Notes under the pieces: generated by a model
What the model saw: only the letters and a program-made list of their open reading frames with translations
Told to the model about the DNA's origin: nothing
Database searches by the model: none
Source of the DNA: a virus
Lineage: Duplodnaviria > Caudoviricetes
DNA: 60,771 nucleotides
Direction: 5' to 3' (one strand)
IMG/VR virus record: IMGVR_UViG_3300017773_000008
Location: 1 to 60,771 of that record
Shown here: one piece after another, positions 1 to 8,623 of the stretch
Position numbering within the stretch: the stretch's first letter is position 1
Layout: each line of letters begins with the position of its first letter
Program-made: the position numbers and the translations under genes

Positions 1-963
1 CCGTTTGACCAAAGCGGCTTCTTCTGCTGTCGGTTCCTGCTGATACTGGGCATTCCACTGAAAAACAGGCATTGAAGCCTTAGTTCTGAGTAGTGCTTCA
101 AGGTCAAAAAACTGAGGCCAGAGGGGTTTTTGTTTAGATTCTCCCGTTTTTTTGTCTGTTACATCTAATATAGCAGGAAACTCAACCACCTCGTACTGGT
201 CTGACCTCTCATTCTGGGTCATATCTCTTACAACACGCCCTGTCAGGTCATCCATATGCCATCTGGTTTGTATTATGGCAACTCTCCCTCCAGGCATAAG
301 ACGAGTTCGCGCTCCGAATGTAAACCAATCGTATGCTTTTTCAAACACTTCGAAGTTTCCATTGATAACATCCTGTTCTGAGTGGGGGTCGTCCACAAGT
401 AAAAGGTCAGCACCACGACCAGCAATAGAAGAACCAATACCACACGCATAATATTCACCTCCTGAATTAGTATTCCAACGCCCTGCCGACTTAGAATCTA
501 TTGCCAAAGCCACAGTCGGAAAGATAGCTTGGTAAGTTTCTGTTGCAATAAGGTTACGAACCTTCCTACCAAAATCTACAGCGAGGTCTGTAGTGTGCGA
601 AACCATCATAACCTTCTTGTTTGGATTCCTTCCTAGAAACCAAGCGGGGAACATAATAGAAACAAGCTGCGATTTTCCGTGTCTTGGAGGAATATTGACA
701 CAGATGCGATCCTTTTTACCCTGCTCAATTCCCATGAGCATGTCAGCTAAGAGTCTATGATGTTTCCCCACTATGTAATCGGGCTGCATATGCTTACAAA
801 ACGCTATAAGATCATCATATGCTGCCTGATTATACTGTCTGGTGTTCAATTCATCGACCATACGGTCAATCTCAGCAACTTCTTCAGTCGTATATTGGTC
901 TAAATTGTCCAACATGACCTGTATATCGTCTTCGCTGAAGTCTAACACCTGACTATGTACCAT
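1..963 (-). CDS. terL: Terminase large subunit, N-terminal ATPase part (runs off the window start and continues at 60771)
   Basis: Manual translation from ATG at 963 (MVHSQVLDF...) gives the terminase Walker A context VNIPPRHGKS. The frame reaches position 1 in register and lies directly downstream of the putative terS. Confidence 0.9.
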   Translation of the reverse strand, partial: MVHSQVLDFSEDDIQVMLDNLDQYTTEEVAEIDRMVDELNTRQYNQAAYDDLIAFCKHMQPDYIVGKHHRLLADMLMGIEQGKKDRICVNIPPRHGKSQLVSIMFPAWFLGRNPNKKVMMVSHTTDLAVDFGRKVRNLIATETYQAIFPTVALAIDSKSAGRWNTNSGGEYYACGIGSSIAGRGADLLLVDDPHSEQDVINGNFEVFEKAYDWFTFGARTRLMPGGRVAIIQTRWHMDDLTGRVVRDMTQNERSDQYEVVEFPAILDVTDKKTGESKQKPLWPQFFDLEALLRTKASMPVFQWNAQYQQEPTAEEAALVKR

Positions 964-1555
964 TTTCTTCGTCTAAACCTAGTTCTTTGTCTACATCTAT
1001 AGCTTCGTCACCCATAATAACAGCATTTTCTATCTTTTCGGGTGGATTTACTAGTTTTGCCAGCTTAGAACGCAATTTTTCACGTAAATCATCCGTAGAC
1101 TGATGTGTTATGGTGACTTCAGACTTCTCTGCGAACAATCCCACGTCTGAAATCTTACCAAGAAGCTCTAATGCACGTATTCTGACCCTTGGATCAGGGT
1201 TGTCAGTCTCTAATAACAGTTTATTTGTAACCAAATGCCGTATTTGCACGGCACTTTCTACTACAGAACGTCCAAATTCCTTTAAAATACTGTCTGTTAG
1301 TATCAAAGATGCAGGTGTAAGAGTCGAAAGTTTCTTCTCAGTAACCTTTTTAGAAGTTTTCTCAGGATCATCAGCATAAGCAACAGATATTTTAGCAGCG
1401 ACATCTTTATCTTCCTTATTTGGCTCAACATCCAGCCCATGTTCACCTAATTCTTTTGCAGTATTTGCTGCTGGCTCCACACGATCCTTTAAATCAGGGG
1501 GAGGTTTGGAAGTTTCCAAGGGTACACCAAGCTCTGGCTCTACTACTATTGTCAT
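953..1555 (-). CDS. terS: Probable terminase small subunit
   Basis: 200 aa, immediately upstream of and overlapping terL. Contains RIRALELLGK...VGLF, typical of small terminase-like proteins. Confidence 0.65.
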   Translation of the reverse strand: MTIVVEPELGVPLETSKPPPDLKDRVEPAANTAKELGEHGLDVEPNKEDKDVAAKISVAYADDPEKTSKKVTEKKLSTLTPASLILTDSILKEFGRSVVESAVQIRHLVTNKLLLETDNPDPRVRIRALELLGKISDVGLFAEKSEVTITHQSTDDLREKLRSKLAKLVNPPEKIENAVIMGDEAIDVDKELGLDEENGT

Positions 1556-1621
1556 TTTATCTCGCAGGTCATTAACCGTAACGCATTATATAGTGAAAAA
1601 AATTTTTTTGTAAAGAAGTTT

Positions 1622-1666
1622 GGGACTCCTATAGGGGGGTCTTCCTATATAGAGGGGGGTGGGGGG
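1622..1666. other. G-tract cluster (GGG plus 3x G6) in the divergent intergenic region; candidate genome end/packaging site
   Basis: Sequence GGGACTCCTATAGGGGGGTCTTCCTATATAGAGGGGGGTGGGGGG between terS and the first early gene. The function is inferred. Confidence 0.35.
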
Positions 1667-1772
1667 TCAAACTCAGAAAATTGTGATTTATTCGAGTAAA
1701 TTAATATGTATAGAGATGTGGGGTAACATGTCAGTATAAGTGGGTGGTACGGGTACGGTATGCCTCTATCTA

Positions 1773-1801
1773 TTGTAAATAATAACTTGTTTTGGTATGT
1801 T
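1773..1801 (+). promoter_or_regulatory. Sigma70-like promoter
   Basis: TTGTAA-N17-TATGTT with TG extended -10, upstream of ORF 1885. Confidence 0.45.
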
Positions 1802-1834
1802 TAACTTATCGGAAGGCAATAACGCCAGCCATTT

Positions 1835-1851
1835 GTTAGGGATTCCCTAAC
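1835..1851. repeat. 17-bp palindrome copy 1 (GTTAGGG-ATT-CCCTAAC)
   Basis: Direct reading; lies in the leader of ORF 1885. Confidence 0.95.
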
Positions 1852-1884
1852 ATAACTTTAATCAAACCATGAAAGGGAAAAATT

Positions 1885-2403
1885 ATGGTTAAGAAAATGC
1901 AAAAGACTACAGTATCAAAAGAACTTGCTAAGTTAATACATAATAACGTGGCAATAGATACTGAATTTAAAGCAAGTAATAAATCAGTTCTCAATCAATT
2001 ACGTTCAGAGGATTATAAATGGACTGATTTAGTATCACCTAAATCTAAGGAAAGTACTTGTAATAAGATGTTATGGACTAGCCTAGTCGAGACTGTTGCA
2101 ATAGCATTGCCACAATCAGAGCAAGACTTACTTGCAATGGATACGAAAGAGTTATCCGACTCGGAAAAGCACGACAAGCGACTTGCTAGGCAAAAGATAG
2201 GTAGTAAACTTAAAGACTATAAGAACGCTTTAAAGCGTGACCAAATGCCAAAGCGTGAAAGAGTATTGAAGACTGACATTGAGAAGTTTTCTAACCATAT
2301 CAATACAGCGATTGAGATACTCCAGAATACTGAAGAGGATTTTCCAGAGAATATGGATTTGCCTCTGGCAATCGAGAAGCTAAAAGAATTAGTTATCGAG
2401 TAA
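1885..2403 (+). CDS. Hypothetical early protein
   Basis: 172 aa ORF with an upstream promoter and a downstream terminator. Confidence 0.75.
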   Translation: MVKKMQKTTVSKELAKLIHNNVAIDTEFKASNKSVLNQLRSEDYKWTDLVSPKSKESTCNKMLWTSLVETVAIALPQSEQDLLAMDTKELSDSEKHDKRLARQKIGSKLKDYKNALKRDQMPKRERVLKTDIEKFSNHINTAIEILQNTEEDFPENMDLPLAIEKLKELVIE

Positions 2404-2412
2404 ATAATAATC

Positions 2413-2442
2413 AGGGTGACATTAATTTGTCACCCTTTTTTT
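2413..2442 (+). terminator. Rho-independent terminator
   Basis: AGGGTGACA-TTAATT-TGTCACCCT followed by a T tract. Confidence 0.85.
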
Positions 2443-2455
2443 GTGCCTAAATTTT

Positions 2456-2573
2456 GTTAAGGATTCCCTAACATTTTTTGAAACCAGTTATTGTAGTTGC
2501 GTGGAGCATAACTTGTTAGGGCTTCCCTAACACACATTGAAACCAGTTATTGTAGTTGCGTAGAGCCTAATGT
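2456..2573 (+). repeat. Two ~59-bp tandem direct repeats, each starting with the 17-bp palindrome (copies 2 and 3, at 2456 and 2515)
   Basis: GTTA(A/G)GG(A/C)TTCCCTAACA...TTGAAACCAGTTATTGTAGTTGCGT..AGC.TAA present twice. Confidence 0.9.
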
Positions 2574-2940
2574 AACACGCTAAGTGTTTGTTTTTATTGC
2601 AATGTTACAGAATACCCCCCTAATGTTACACAATGTTACATTTATTTTGACCAAAATGTTACATTACGTTTTATGGTAGTTCGTGGTATTTCGTGGTAAG
2701 CAATGATTTGTAGTTATGTCAAAACAGTATTATTTATATATATATATATAATGTAACATTTTTAGAAAATTATACGATAACATTTGAGACGCATGACTTT
2801 GCGTATGTTTGTAACTTTTTTCTATCCATCATTTTGACCCCTTCATAATTTCCTTATTTTTGTTACATTGTGACATTGCTTTATTTTCAATAACTTAGCG
2901 ACCCTACATCTGTTACATTATGTTACATTACGTTACATTA
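2571..2940. repeat. Iteron-like TGTWACA cluster with a central (TA)n tract; putative replication origin
   Basis: TGTWACA at 2571, 2603, 2624, 2634, 2657, 2752, 2861, 2911 and 2921, plus near matches. (TA)n at ~2735-2750. The region is non-coding. Confidence 0.6.
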
Positions 2941-2986
2941 CACTGTTTACCACTACATCTAATTAGAACTAATGAATTTGAGTTAT

Positions 2987-3015
2987 TTGACATAACCTGA
3001 TATCTGTGGTATATT
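2987..3015 (+). promoter_or_regulatory. Strong sigma70-like early promoter
   Basis: TTGACA-N17-TATATT with TG extended -10; an AGGAG RBS follows before ATG 3064. Confidence 0.75.
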
Positions 3016-3063
3016 AGATAATACTCAGAATTATGTCTTTTATACAACAGAGGAGAACAAGTT

Positions 3064-3294
3064 ATGACAGGGCAGTATATCAATACTTTCGTTAGGGAAT
3101 CCCTAACATGTTCGGAATGTGACGCAGAGGTAAATCCAAAGCGTCATGCACTAGGCTACAACGTGTGTCTAGAGTGTGGAGAGATTATGGCACGTGATGT
3201 AAAGCATTGTGTCGTACCTATGCACAAGTCAAACTATACCGTCATCACTCGCAAGAGTGACCTTATCGGTATCAACAACAAGCAACCTAGTTAG
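3064..3294 (+). CDS. Small Zn-finger protein (CxxC...CxxC)
   Basis: CSEC and CLEC motifs and an AGGAG RBS. Contains palindrome copy 4, and its TAG stop lies inside copy 5. Confidence 0.75.
   Translation: MTGQYINTFVRESLTCSECDAEVNPKRHALGYNVCLECGEIMARDVKHCVVPMHKSNYTVITRKSDLIGINNKQPS
3091..3107. repeat. 17-bp palindrome copy 4 (GTTAGGG-AAT-CCCTAAC), intragenic
   Basis: Direct reading. Confidence 0.95.
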
Positions 3295-3306
3295 GGATTC
3301 CCTAAC
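3290..3306. repeat. 17-bp palindrome copy 5 (GTTAGGG-ATT-CCCTAAC)
   Basis: Direct reading; followed by ACAATATAAGGAAA RBS block. Confidence 0.95.
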
Positions 3307-3326
3307 ACAATATAAGGAAAATCATT

Positions 3327-4214
3327 ATGACTGAAGAAAATAAAATTGCAGAAACAATACCGAGCCTTGGTTCAAGTGCTTGGCTCGTAGACGTTGGTGT
3401 ATCTGTCTGGACTGGCAGAAAGCTAGACAAGAAAGCAAGCGAGGAAGTCGAGGCACAGAACAAAGCCAACCCTAATGTGGCGAATGTCCATAAGAAGTTA
3501 TTGGGTAAGTGTGATGAGTTGGTAGCCGTGCAGAAGTTTGTTGCTAATGCTCGTAACATCCATTACTCAATGACATTACCTTGGTCTGATATGGGTATGC
3601 GTCTGGTGACAACACAGATGTTTCCAAAGTATCACAAGCAGATGACCGAGTTTCAACAAGAGTTTGATAACTTGGTTGGTAAGTTCATAGGTGTATATGA
3701 TTGGGCAGTAATCAATGCTCAGACATTACTTGGGGACTTGTACAATTCAGCTAATTACCCAGACAAGAACGAGTTAATACATAAGTTCTCATGGAGAATG
3801 AATTATGTACCTCTGCCAGACGCAGGGGATTTTCGTATTGATATTGGTAACGAAGCACAAGCACAGTTGCAGGAAAGCTACAAGTCTTACTATACAACCA
3901 TGTTTGATAAAGCCAAGTCGGACTTGTCGGATAGACTAATTAAACCTCTGAAGAATATGTCGGAAAGGTTGGACTATGCAGATGATGAGGACAAGAAGAT
4001 ATTTCGTGACACGTTAGTGGATAACGTCATGGATATACTTGACCTCGTTAAGACGTTTGACCACGATACCAAACTGACTGCGACTTGTACGCAGATAGAG
4101 AACGCACTCATGGGTATAACACCTGATGCGTTGCGTGAAGATAGCACACTCCGTGCTGAAACCAAGAAGTCTATTGATGATGCAATCAAGTCGCTCCCGT
4201 CACTCGACTTCTAA
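3327..4214 (+). CDS. Conserved hypothetical helical protein (possibly DUF3150-like), upstream of the AAA/vWA pair
   Basis: 295 aa ORF with AAGGA RBS; the family assignment is from memory and tentative. Confidence 0.6.
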   Translation: MTEENKIAETIPSLGSSAWLVDVGVSVWTGRKLDKKASEEVEAQNKANPNVANVHKKLLGKCDELVAVQKFVANARNIHYSMTLPWSDMGMRLVTTQMFPKYHKQMTEFQQEFDNLVGKFIGVYDWAVINAQTLLGDLYNSANYPDKNELIHKFSWRMNYVPLPDAGDFRIDIGNEAQAQLQESYKSYYTTMFDKAKSDLSDRLIKPLKNMSERLDYADDEDKKIFRDTLVDNVMDILDLVKTFDHDTKLTATCTQIENALMGITPDALREDSTLRAETKKSIDDAIKSLPSLDF

Positions 4215-4232
4215 GACTATACACAATAACTC

Positions 4233-4249
4233 GTTAGGGAATCCCTAAC
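4233..4249. repeat. 17-bp palindrome copy 6 (GTTAGGG-AAT-CCCTAAC)
   Basis: Direct reading; followed by the same ACAATATAAGGAAA block as copy 5. Confidence 0.95.
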
Positions 4250-4270
4250 ACAATATAAGGAAACTAAACT

Positions 4271-5365
4271 ATGAATACAGCGATACAAATGTATGCACTA
4301 TCACTCAACCAAATTACTAATGCGATTAAGGTGGGTGGCAACAAGCGAACCATACTTGTGCAAGGTGACATGGGTACTGGCAAGTCATCAATACTTAACA
4401 TGTTATCAAGTGAGATGCCGTCACACACACCATGCTACTTTGACTGCACCACGAAAGACTTGGGTGACATACTCATGCCAAAACTCAAAGACCTTGAAGG
4501 CCACGACTATGTGAAGTTTGCAACCAACGAAGAACTTGGGTTACATCTAAATGATACACCCATCATTCTAATGATTGACGAGTTTGGTAAGTCGAACCCA
4601 TCAGTCAAGAACGCACTGTTACGTCTTATCCTAGAACGTAAGATTGGTGGCTACACTATGCACCCAGACAGTCTGGTGTTTGCTACAACCAACAAGGGTA
4701 GCGAAGGTGTTGGTGACTTGTTACCACCTCATGCACGTAATCGTATCACAGTCGTACAGACACGTAAGCCTACAAACATGGAGTGGGTTGAATGGGGTAT
4801 CAACAATGATATCGAACCATCTATCTTGGGTTGGGCGAAGGATAACCCACAGTTGTTTTTCTCGTTTGAAGATGTGAAGAACCCAGAGGACAACCCATAT
4901 ATCTTTCACCCTAACCAACAGAGGAATGCTTTTGTTACACCACGTTCCCTCGAAGCATCAAGCGATTGGGTAAGACAACGTAACGAGTTAGACGATACGT
5001 CACTTACTGGTATTCTCATGGGTACGATTGGTGAACGTGGTGCTATGGACTTGATGGCATACGTAAAACTGATTGACCAGATGCCTACACGTGAAGATAT
5101 TATGACAGACCCCAAGAACGCAAAGATACCAACAAGTAATGGTGCAGTTGTCATGGTGGTGTTTCGGTCATTGGCATCTATGGACAAGGACTACATCAAC
5201 CCATTCATGGACTATCTTGTCAGGCTAGACCCAGAGGCACAAGCTATGTTTGCCAATGGTGTGAGAGCCAAGGGGTATCATGCACAGTCACTCGTTATGA
5301 TGAACAAGAAGTTTACCGAGTGGTCAATGCAGAACCAACATCTCTATCAGGCAGATAAGGTATGA
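4271..5365 (+). CDS. MoxR-like AAA+ ATPase
   Basis: Walker A GDMGTGKS, Walker B ILMIDE, sensor FATTN, LPPHARNR Arg-finger region and VTPRS. Adjacent to a vWA gene. Confidence 0.85.
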   Translation: MNTAIQMYALSLNQITNAIKVGGNKRTILVQGDMGTGKSSILNMLSSEMPSHTPCYFDCTTKDLGDILMPKLKDLEGHDYVKFATNEELGLHLNDTPIILMIDEFGKSNPSVKNALLRLILERKIGGYTMHPDSLVFATTNKGSEGVGDLLPPHARNRITVVQTRKPTNMEWVEWGINNDIEPSILGWAKDNPQLFFSFEDVKNPEDNPYIFHPNQQRNAFVTPRSLEASSDWVRQRNELDDTSLTGILMGTIGERGAMDLMAYVKLIDQMPTREDIMTDPKNAKIPTSNGAVVMVVFRSLASMDKDYINPFMDYLVRLDPEAQAMFANGVRAKGYHAQSLVMMNKKFTEWSMQNQHLYQADKV

Positions 5366-5442
5366 GGTGGGATAAAGACGAACACGTGGTGGCAGGGGTG
5401 AGCCTTGCCGTCATACTAATTGTAATAGTATTTATTAGTTAG
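5362..5442 (+). CDS. 26-aa membrane peptide (MRWDKDEHVVAGVSLAVILIVIVFIS)
   Basis: ATGA overlap with the ATPase stop, one hydrophobic helix, stop codon inside palindrome copy 7. Confidence 0.5.
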   Translation: MRWDKDEHVVAGVSLAVILIVIVFIS

Positions 5443-5454
5443 GGTTTCCCTAAC
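5438..5454. repeat. 17-bp palindrome copy 7 (GTTAGGG-TTT-CCCTAAC)
   Basis: Direct reading; followed by AGAAAGGAAGA RBS block. Confidence 0.95.
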
Positions 5455-5466
5455 AGAAAGGAAGAG

Positions 5467-6657
5467 ATGTTACTAGTTAATACAAAACTATCAGTCGAGC
5501 AGAGATTACAGAAAGCCGTGTCTGATATAATGATGAACCCCAAGTACATTGCACTTGCAGGGTTGATGACGTTGGGTGAGAGAGGTGTCAAAGATGATGT
5601 ACCTACTGCTTGCACTAATGGTAAAGACGAGTGGTATGGTCGTGACTTTGTTGAAAGTCTCAATGACTCAGAGTTGAGGTTCCTCATACTGCACGAAGTG
5701 TATCACAAGTTGTATCGTCATCTGATAACGTGGCAACACCTATACAAGCGAAATGCTTTCAAAGCTAACAAGGCTTGTGACTATGTTATCAATGTGAAGT
5801 TGGTTGACGATAACGAAGATGGCTTTGCTACCATGACTGGTGAACTAGCCAATGGGTGCTTTGATGAAAAGTATCGTGGTTGGGATTCAGCACAAGTGTA
5901 CAATGACTTGTCACCAGATGATGATGAAGGTGAAGGCCCAGGCGGTCAACAACCATTTGACCAACATGATTGGGAAGGTGCAGAGGAACTAACCCCAGAC
6001 CAGAAACGTGAACTTGCCAAGGACATTGACGAGGCCATACGACAAGGTGCGTTGATTGCAGGGAAGTTGGGGTCAGGTGGTGACCGAGACCTTGCCGAAC
6101 TACTACAACCACAAGTAGATTGGCGAGAGGTGTTGCGTGACTTTATCACCGAGACTTGTGCAGGGTCAGACTATTCCACGTATCGCAGACCTAACCGAAG
6201 ATACATAGGTATGGATATAATCATGCCGAGTGGTGTGTCGGAGAAAGTCGAGGAACTGGTATTGGCTATAGACACATCAGGATCTATTGGACAGAGAGAA
6301 CTATCGGTGTTCTTGTCCGAGGTGGGGTCGATATGTGACACAGTAACACCTTCTTGTGTGAGGATACTCTATTGGGATACCGAGGTATGTCGTGAAGAGA
6401 AATACGAGATACACGAACTAGCCAATATAACGAAGTCAACCAAGCCAAGTGGTGGTGGGGGAACTATGGTCGAGTGTGTACCGAAGTACATGGCAGAGCA
6501 TGGTATCAAACCACAAGCGACTATCATTCTAACAGATGGTTACTTGGGTGGTTCATGGGGTAGTTGGACTTGCCCTACACTATGGTGCATCTTGGATAAC
6601 AAAGGCACTAACGCATCAGTCGGCAAGACAGTCCATGTCAAGTCGAGAGAACTATAA
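5467..6657 (+). CDS. HExxH metallopeptidase-like + vWA domain protein (DUF2201-type)
   Basis: PTACTNG, HEVYH, MIDAS DTSGS, GGGGT and ILTDG motifs. Confidence 0.85.
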   Translation: MLLVNTKLSVEQRLQKAVSDIMMNPKYIALAGLMTLGERGVKDDVPTACTNGKDEWYGRDFVESLNDSELRFLILHEVYHKLYRHLITWQHLYKRNAFKANKACDYVINVKLVDDNEDGFATMTGELANGCFDEKYRGWDSAQVYNDLSPDDDEGEGPGGQQPFDQHDWEGAEELTPDQKRELAKDIDEAIRQGALIAGKLGSGGDRDLAELLQPQVDWREVLRDFITETCAGSDYSTYRRPNRRYIGMDIIMPSGVSEKVEELVLAIDTSGSIGQRELSVFLSEVGSICDTVTPSCVRILYWDTEVCREEKYEIHELANITKSTKPSGGGGTMVECVPKYMAEHGIKPQATIILTDGYLGGSWGSWTCPTLWCILDNKGTNASVGKTVHVKSREL

Positions 6658-6661
6658 ACAA

Positions 6662-6678
6662 GTTAGGGTTTCCCTAAC
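6662..6678. repeat. 17-bp palindrome copy 8 (GTTAGGG-TTT-CCCTAAC)
   Basis: Direct reading; followed by ACAAACAGAAAGGAAGA RBS block. Confidence 0.95.
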
Positions 6679-6698
6679 ACAAACAGAAAGGAAGAACT

Positions 6699-7745
6699 AT
6701 GGCATATAGATATACAGATTGGAAGATTAACAGTTTTGCAGAAGTTGAAGAGAGGTACAACACAACAAAACCTGTTATCAGCAAGAACCACACAAAGGAG
6801 CAGGACATCAGACCCTATGGTTCAAGGTCACGCAAGTGGGAACGCATAGAAAAGGTAAATGCGAACTGCTACATTATATGGAATGGTGATGATGGCGACC
6901 CATACCAACACCTCTATTGGAATTGGAGTGGTAACTTGAACCCAACACCCAAGCAACAGATGGAACTTGTACCTATCGTGTGGAAACGCAAGGGTAACAT
7001 GGAGAGTATACGCATACGCAATGGTAGTGGTAACTATGCCCATTGTAGCAGATACACTTTCCTTGAGAACACGTTACCAAACACTATGGGGTTTCTCGTT
7101 GACAATGGTAAGCAGTATATAAGTTTATATAGTGATAGGCTCAAGACTGCTTCATACTTATTGCCGAAGAGCATGTATGTTCCTTTTGGTAATCGTAGAC
7201 ATGGCCATAATCATGGTATTGTTGAAACAGATGATAAGAAGTATCTGATGTTTGAACGTAAGATTGGCGAGCCAAATACAACACCTTGGCAAGTGGTCGG
7301 TGCAACGTGGGAATACATTGGTGCAAAGACAAAAGTAGACAAGCAAAGTAAGGCAGACATCAAGCCACATACTGACAAGTTCTATGAATGGATTGTTACC
7401 ATGTATCGTATGCTACCAATAACGGACAGAGATTATCGTAGTAAGATGCGTAATGAGTTTCAGGATTGGGTGTACAACAACAAGACGAACACCTATCAAG
7501 CATACATTACGGAAATCATACGTGATGAAGAACACCCCATGCGATTACACCTTGCAGTAGATTGGTTAACGCGCAGTAACCTGATTCAGTATAAATATAC
7601 CATTGATAGTGGCCGTGAAGAATTTGTAGAGGTTGACAGTGACGTAGCAAAACAAGTTAGGGCGAACTGGAACAGATACATAAACAAACAACTAGGGTTG
7701 ATATCAAAAGCAAGCCCAGAGAAAATAGAAAGGAAGCAGAGATGA
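6699..7745 (+). CDS. Hypothetical early protein
   Basis: 348 aa ORF with a good RBS. Confidence 0.75.
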   Translation: MAYRYTDWKINSFAEVEERYNTTKPVISKNHTKEQDIRPYGSRSRKWERIEKVNANCYIIWNGDDGDPYQHLYWNWSGNLNPTPKQQMELVPIVWKRKGNMESIRIRNGSGNYAHCSRYTFLENTLPNTMGFLVDNGKQYISLYSDRLKTASYLLPKSMYVPFGNRRHGHNHGIVETDDKKYLMFERKIGEPNTTPWQVVGATWEYIGAKTKVDKQSKADIKPHTDKFYEWIVTMYRMLPITDRDYRSKMRNEFQDWVYNNKTNTYQAYITEIIRDEEHPMRLHLAVDWLTRSNLIQYKYTIDSGREEFVEVDSDVAKQVRANWNRYINKQLGLISKASPEKIERKQR

Positions 7746-8623
7746 GAGATTATATAAACAAACATATAAACCCAAGGGTTAGTGGGTTGACAAGGTATAT
7801 AAATAATGGTGGACATGAACTAGAAAAGTTTACCAAGGCACTAAAGAAACACATACGTGGTGTAGAGTTTGGTGTGAAGAATGGCAGTGTCTCCAAGGTA
7901 TACGTATACATGAAGGATAACGTGTATGCTATGGGGTGGGTTGCCTATGCTGATTATCGTGACAACCCAGAACAAAATACTCTTATGTATACTGTGTGTT
8001 CCCATGCTATACGCAATGGAAAGTATAGTAGTGGCGAACAGATGCACATGAAAATGACAACAAATTTTGACGTGGGTATTAGAAATGCCAAGCGATATCT
8101 ACGCAACCTAACAACTAAGGAGATAGCACTATCTGATAAAGATGCCGTACAAAGTCAATTTCGTAAGGTAAATAGTAGTGCTAATGAAACACTTGAAAAT
8201 GCTATGCAAAATGTCTTACCACGTCGTACAACTTCTGACCGTACAAATATGGAAAGTTTTATGAGTGAACTCAAACACCTAGTAGCTATCGGACATGAGT
8301 GGATAGACCAGAGTTACGGAGCAAAACTTGTGGAGTTTATAAAAGCCTATGACGAAAAACAAACGGCTGATAAACGAACTCTTGATGTTATCTTTGTGCG
8401 TGCATTCAACAAAGCAGAGCAGACCATGTTTGAAACTATGGAGATAAACAATCTGCACGAATGGAATAGTGGTAGTGAGGGCGAAGTAGTTACATACGAT
8501 AACACTACGTTACCCGTAGAGCTGGCAGGTAAGCTATCAACTCTTAACATGTTAGGACAAGGACAGTATGTCGAAGGTGTCGGTCTGTATCATGGGGATT
8601 ATATGTATTATGTCATTAAGTGA
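7742..8623 (+). CDS. Hypothetical early protein
   Basis: 293 aa; ATGA overlap with the upstream gene. Confidence 0.75.
   Translation: MRDYINKHINPRVSGLTRYINNGGHELEKFTKALKKHIRGVEFGVKNGSVSKVYVYMKDNVYAMGWVAYADYRDNPEQNTLMYTVCSHAIRNGKYSSGEQMHMKMTTNFDVGIRNAKRYLRNLTTKEIALSDKDAVQSQFRKVNSSANETLENAMQNVLPRRTTSDRTNMESFMSELKHLVAIGHEWIDQSYGAKLVEFIKAYDEKQTADKRTLDVIFVRAFNKAEQTMFETMEINNLHEWNSGSEGEVVTYDNTTLPVELAGKLSTLNMLGQGQYVEGVGLYHGDYMYYVIK

Noticed and set aside
1835-1851. Telomeric TTAGGG/CCCTAA hexamers
   Set aside because: Single inverted copies rather than tandem arrays, in a bacteriophage context; treated as coincidence
2456-2573. CRISPR mini-array (palindromic repeat plus ~40-nt spacers; Cas4-like gene elsewhere)
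   Set aside because: The two 'spacers' are near-identical to each other, the other repeat copies are separated by whole genes, and the PD-(D/E)xK nuclease sits in a normal replication module
7656-7662. Half-sites of the palindrome (GTTAGGG at 7656 and 49828, CCCTAAC at 12961)
   Set aside because: They lack the second arm, and 7-mers are expected by chance in 60 kb
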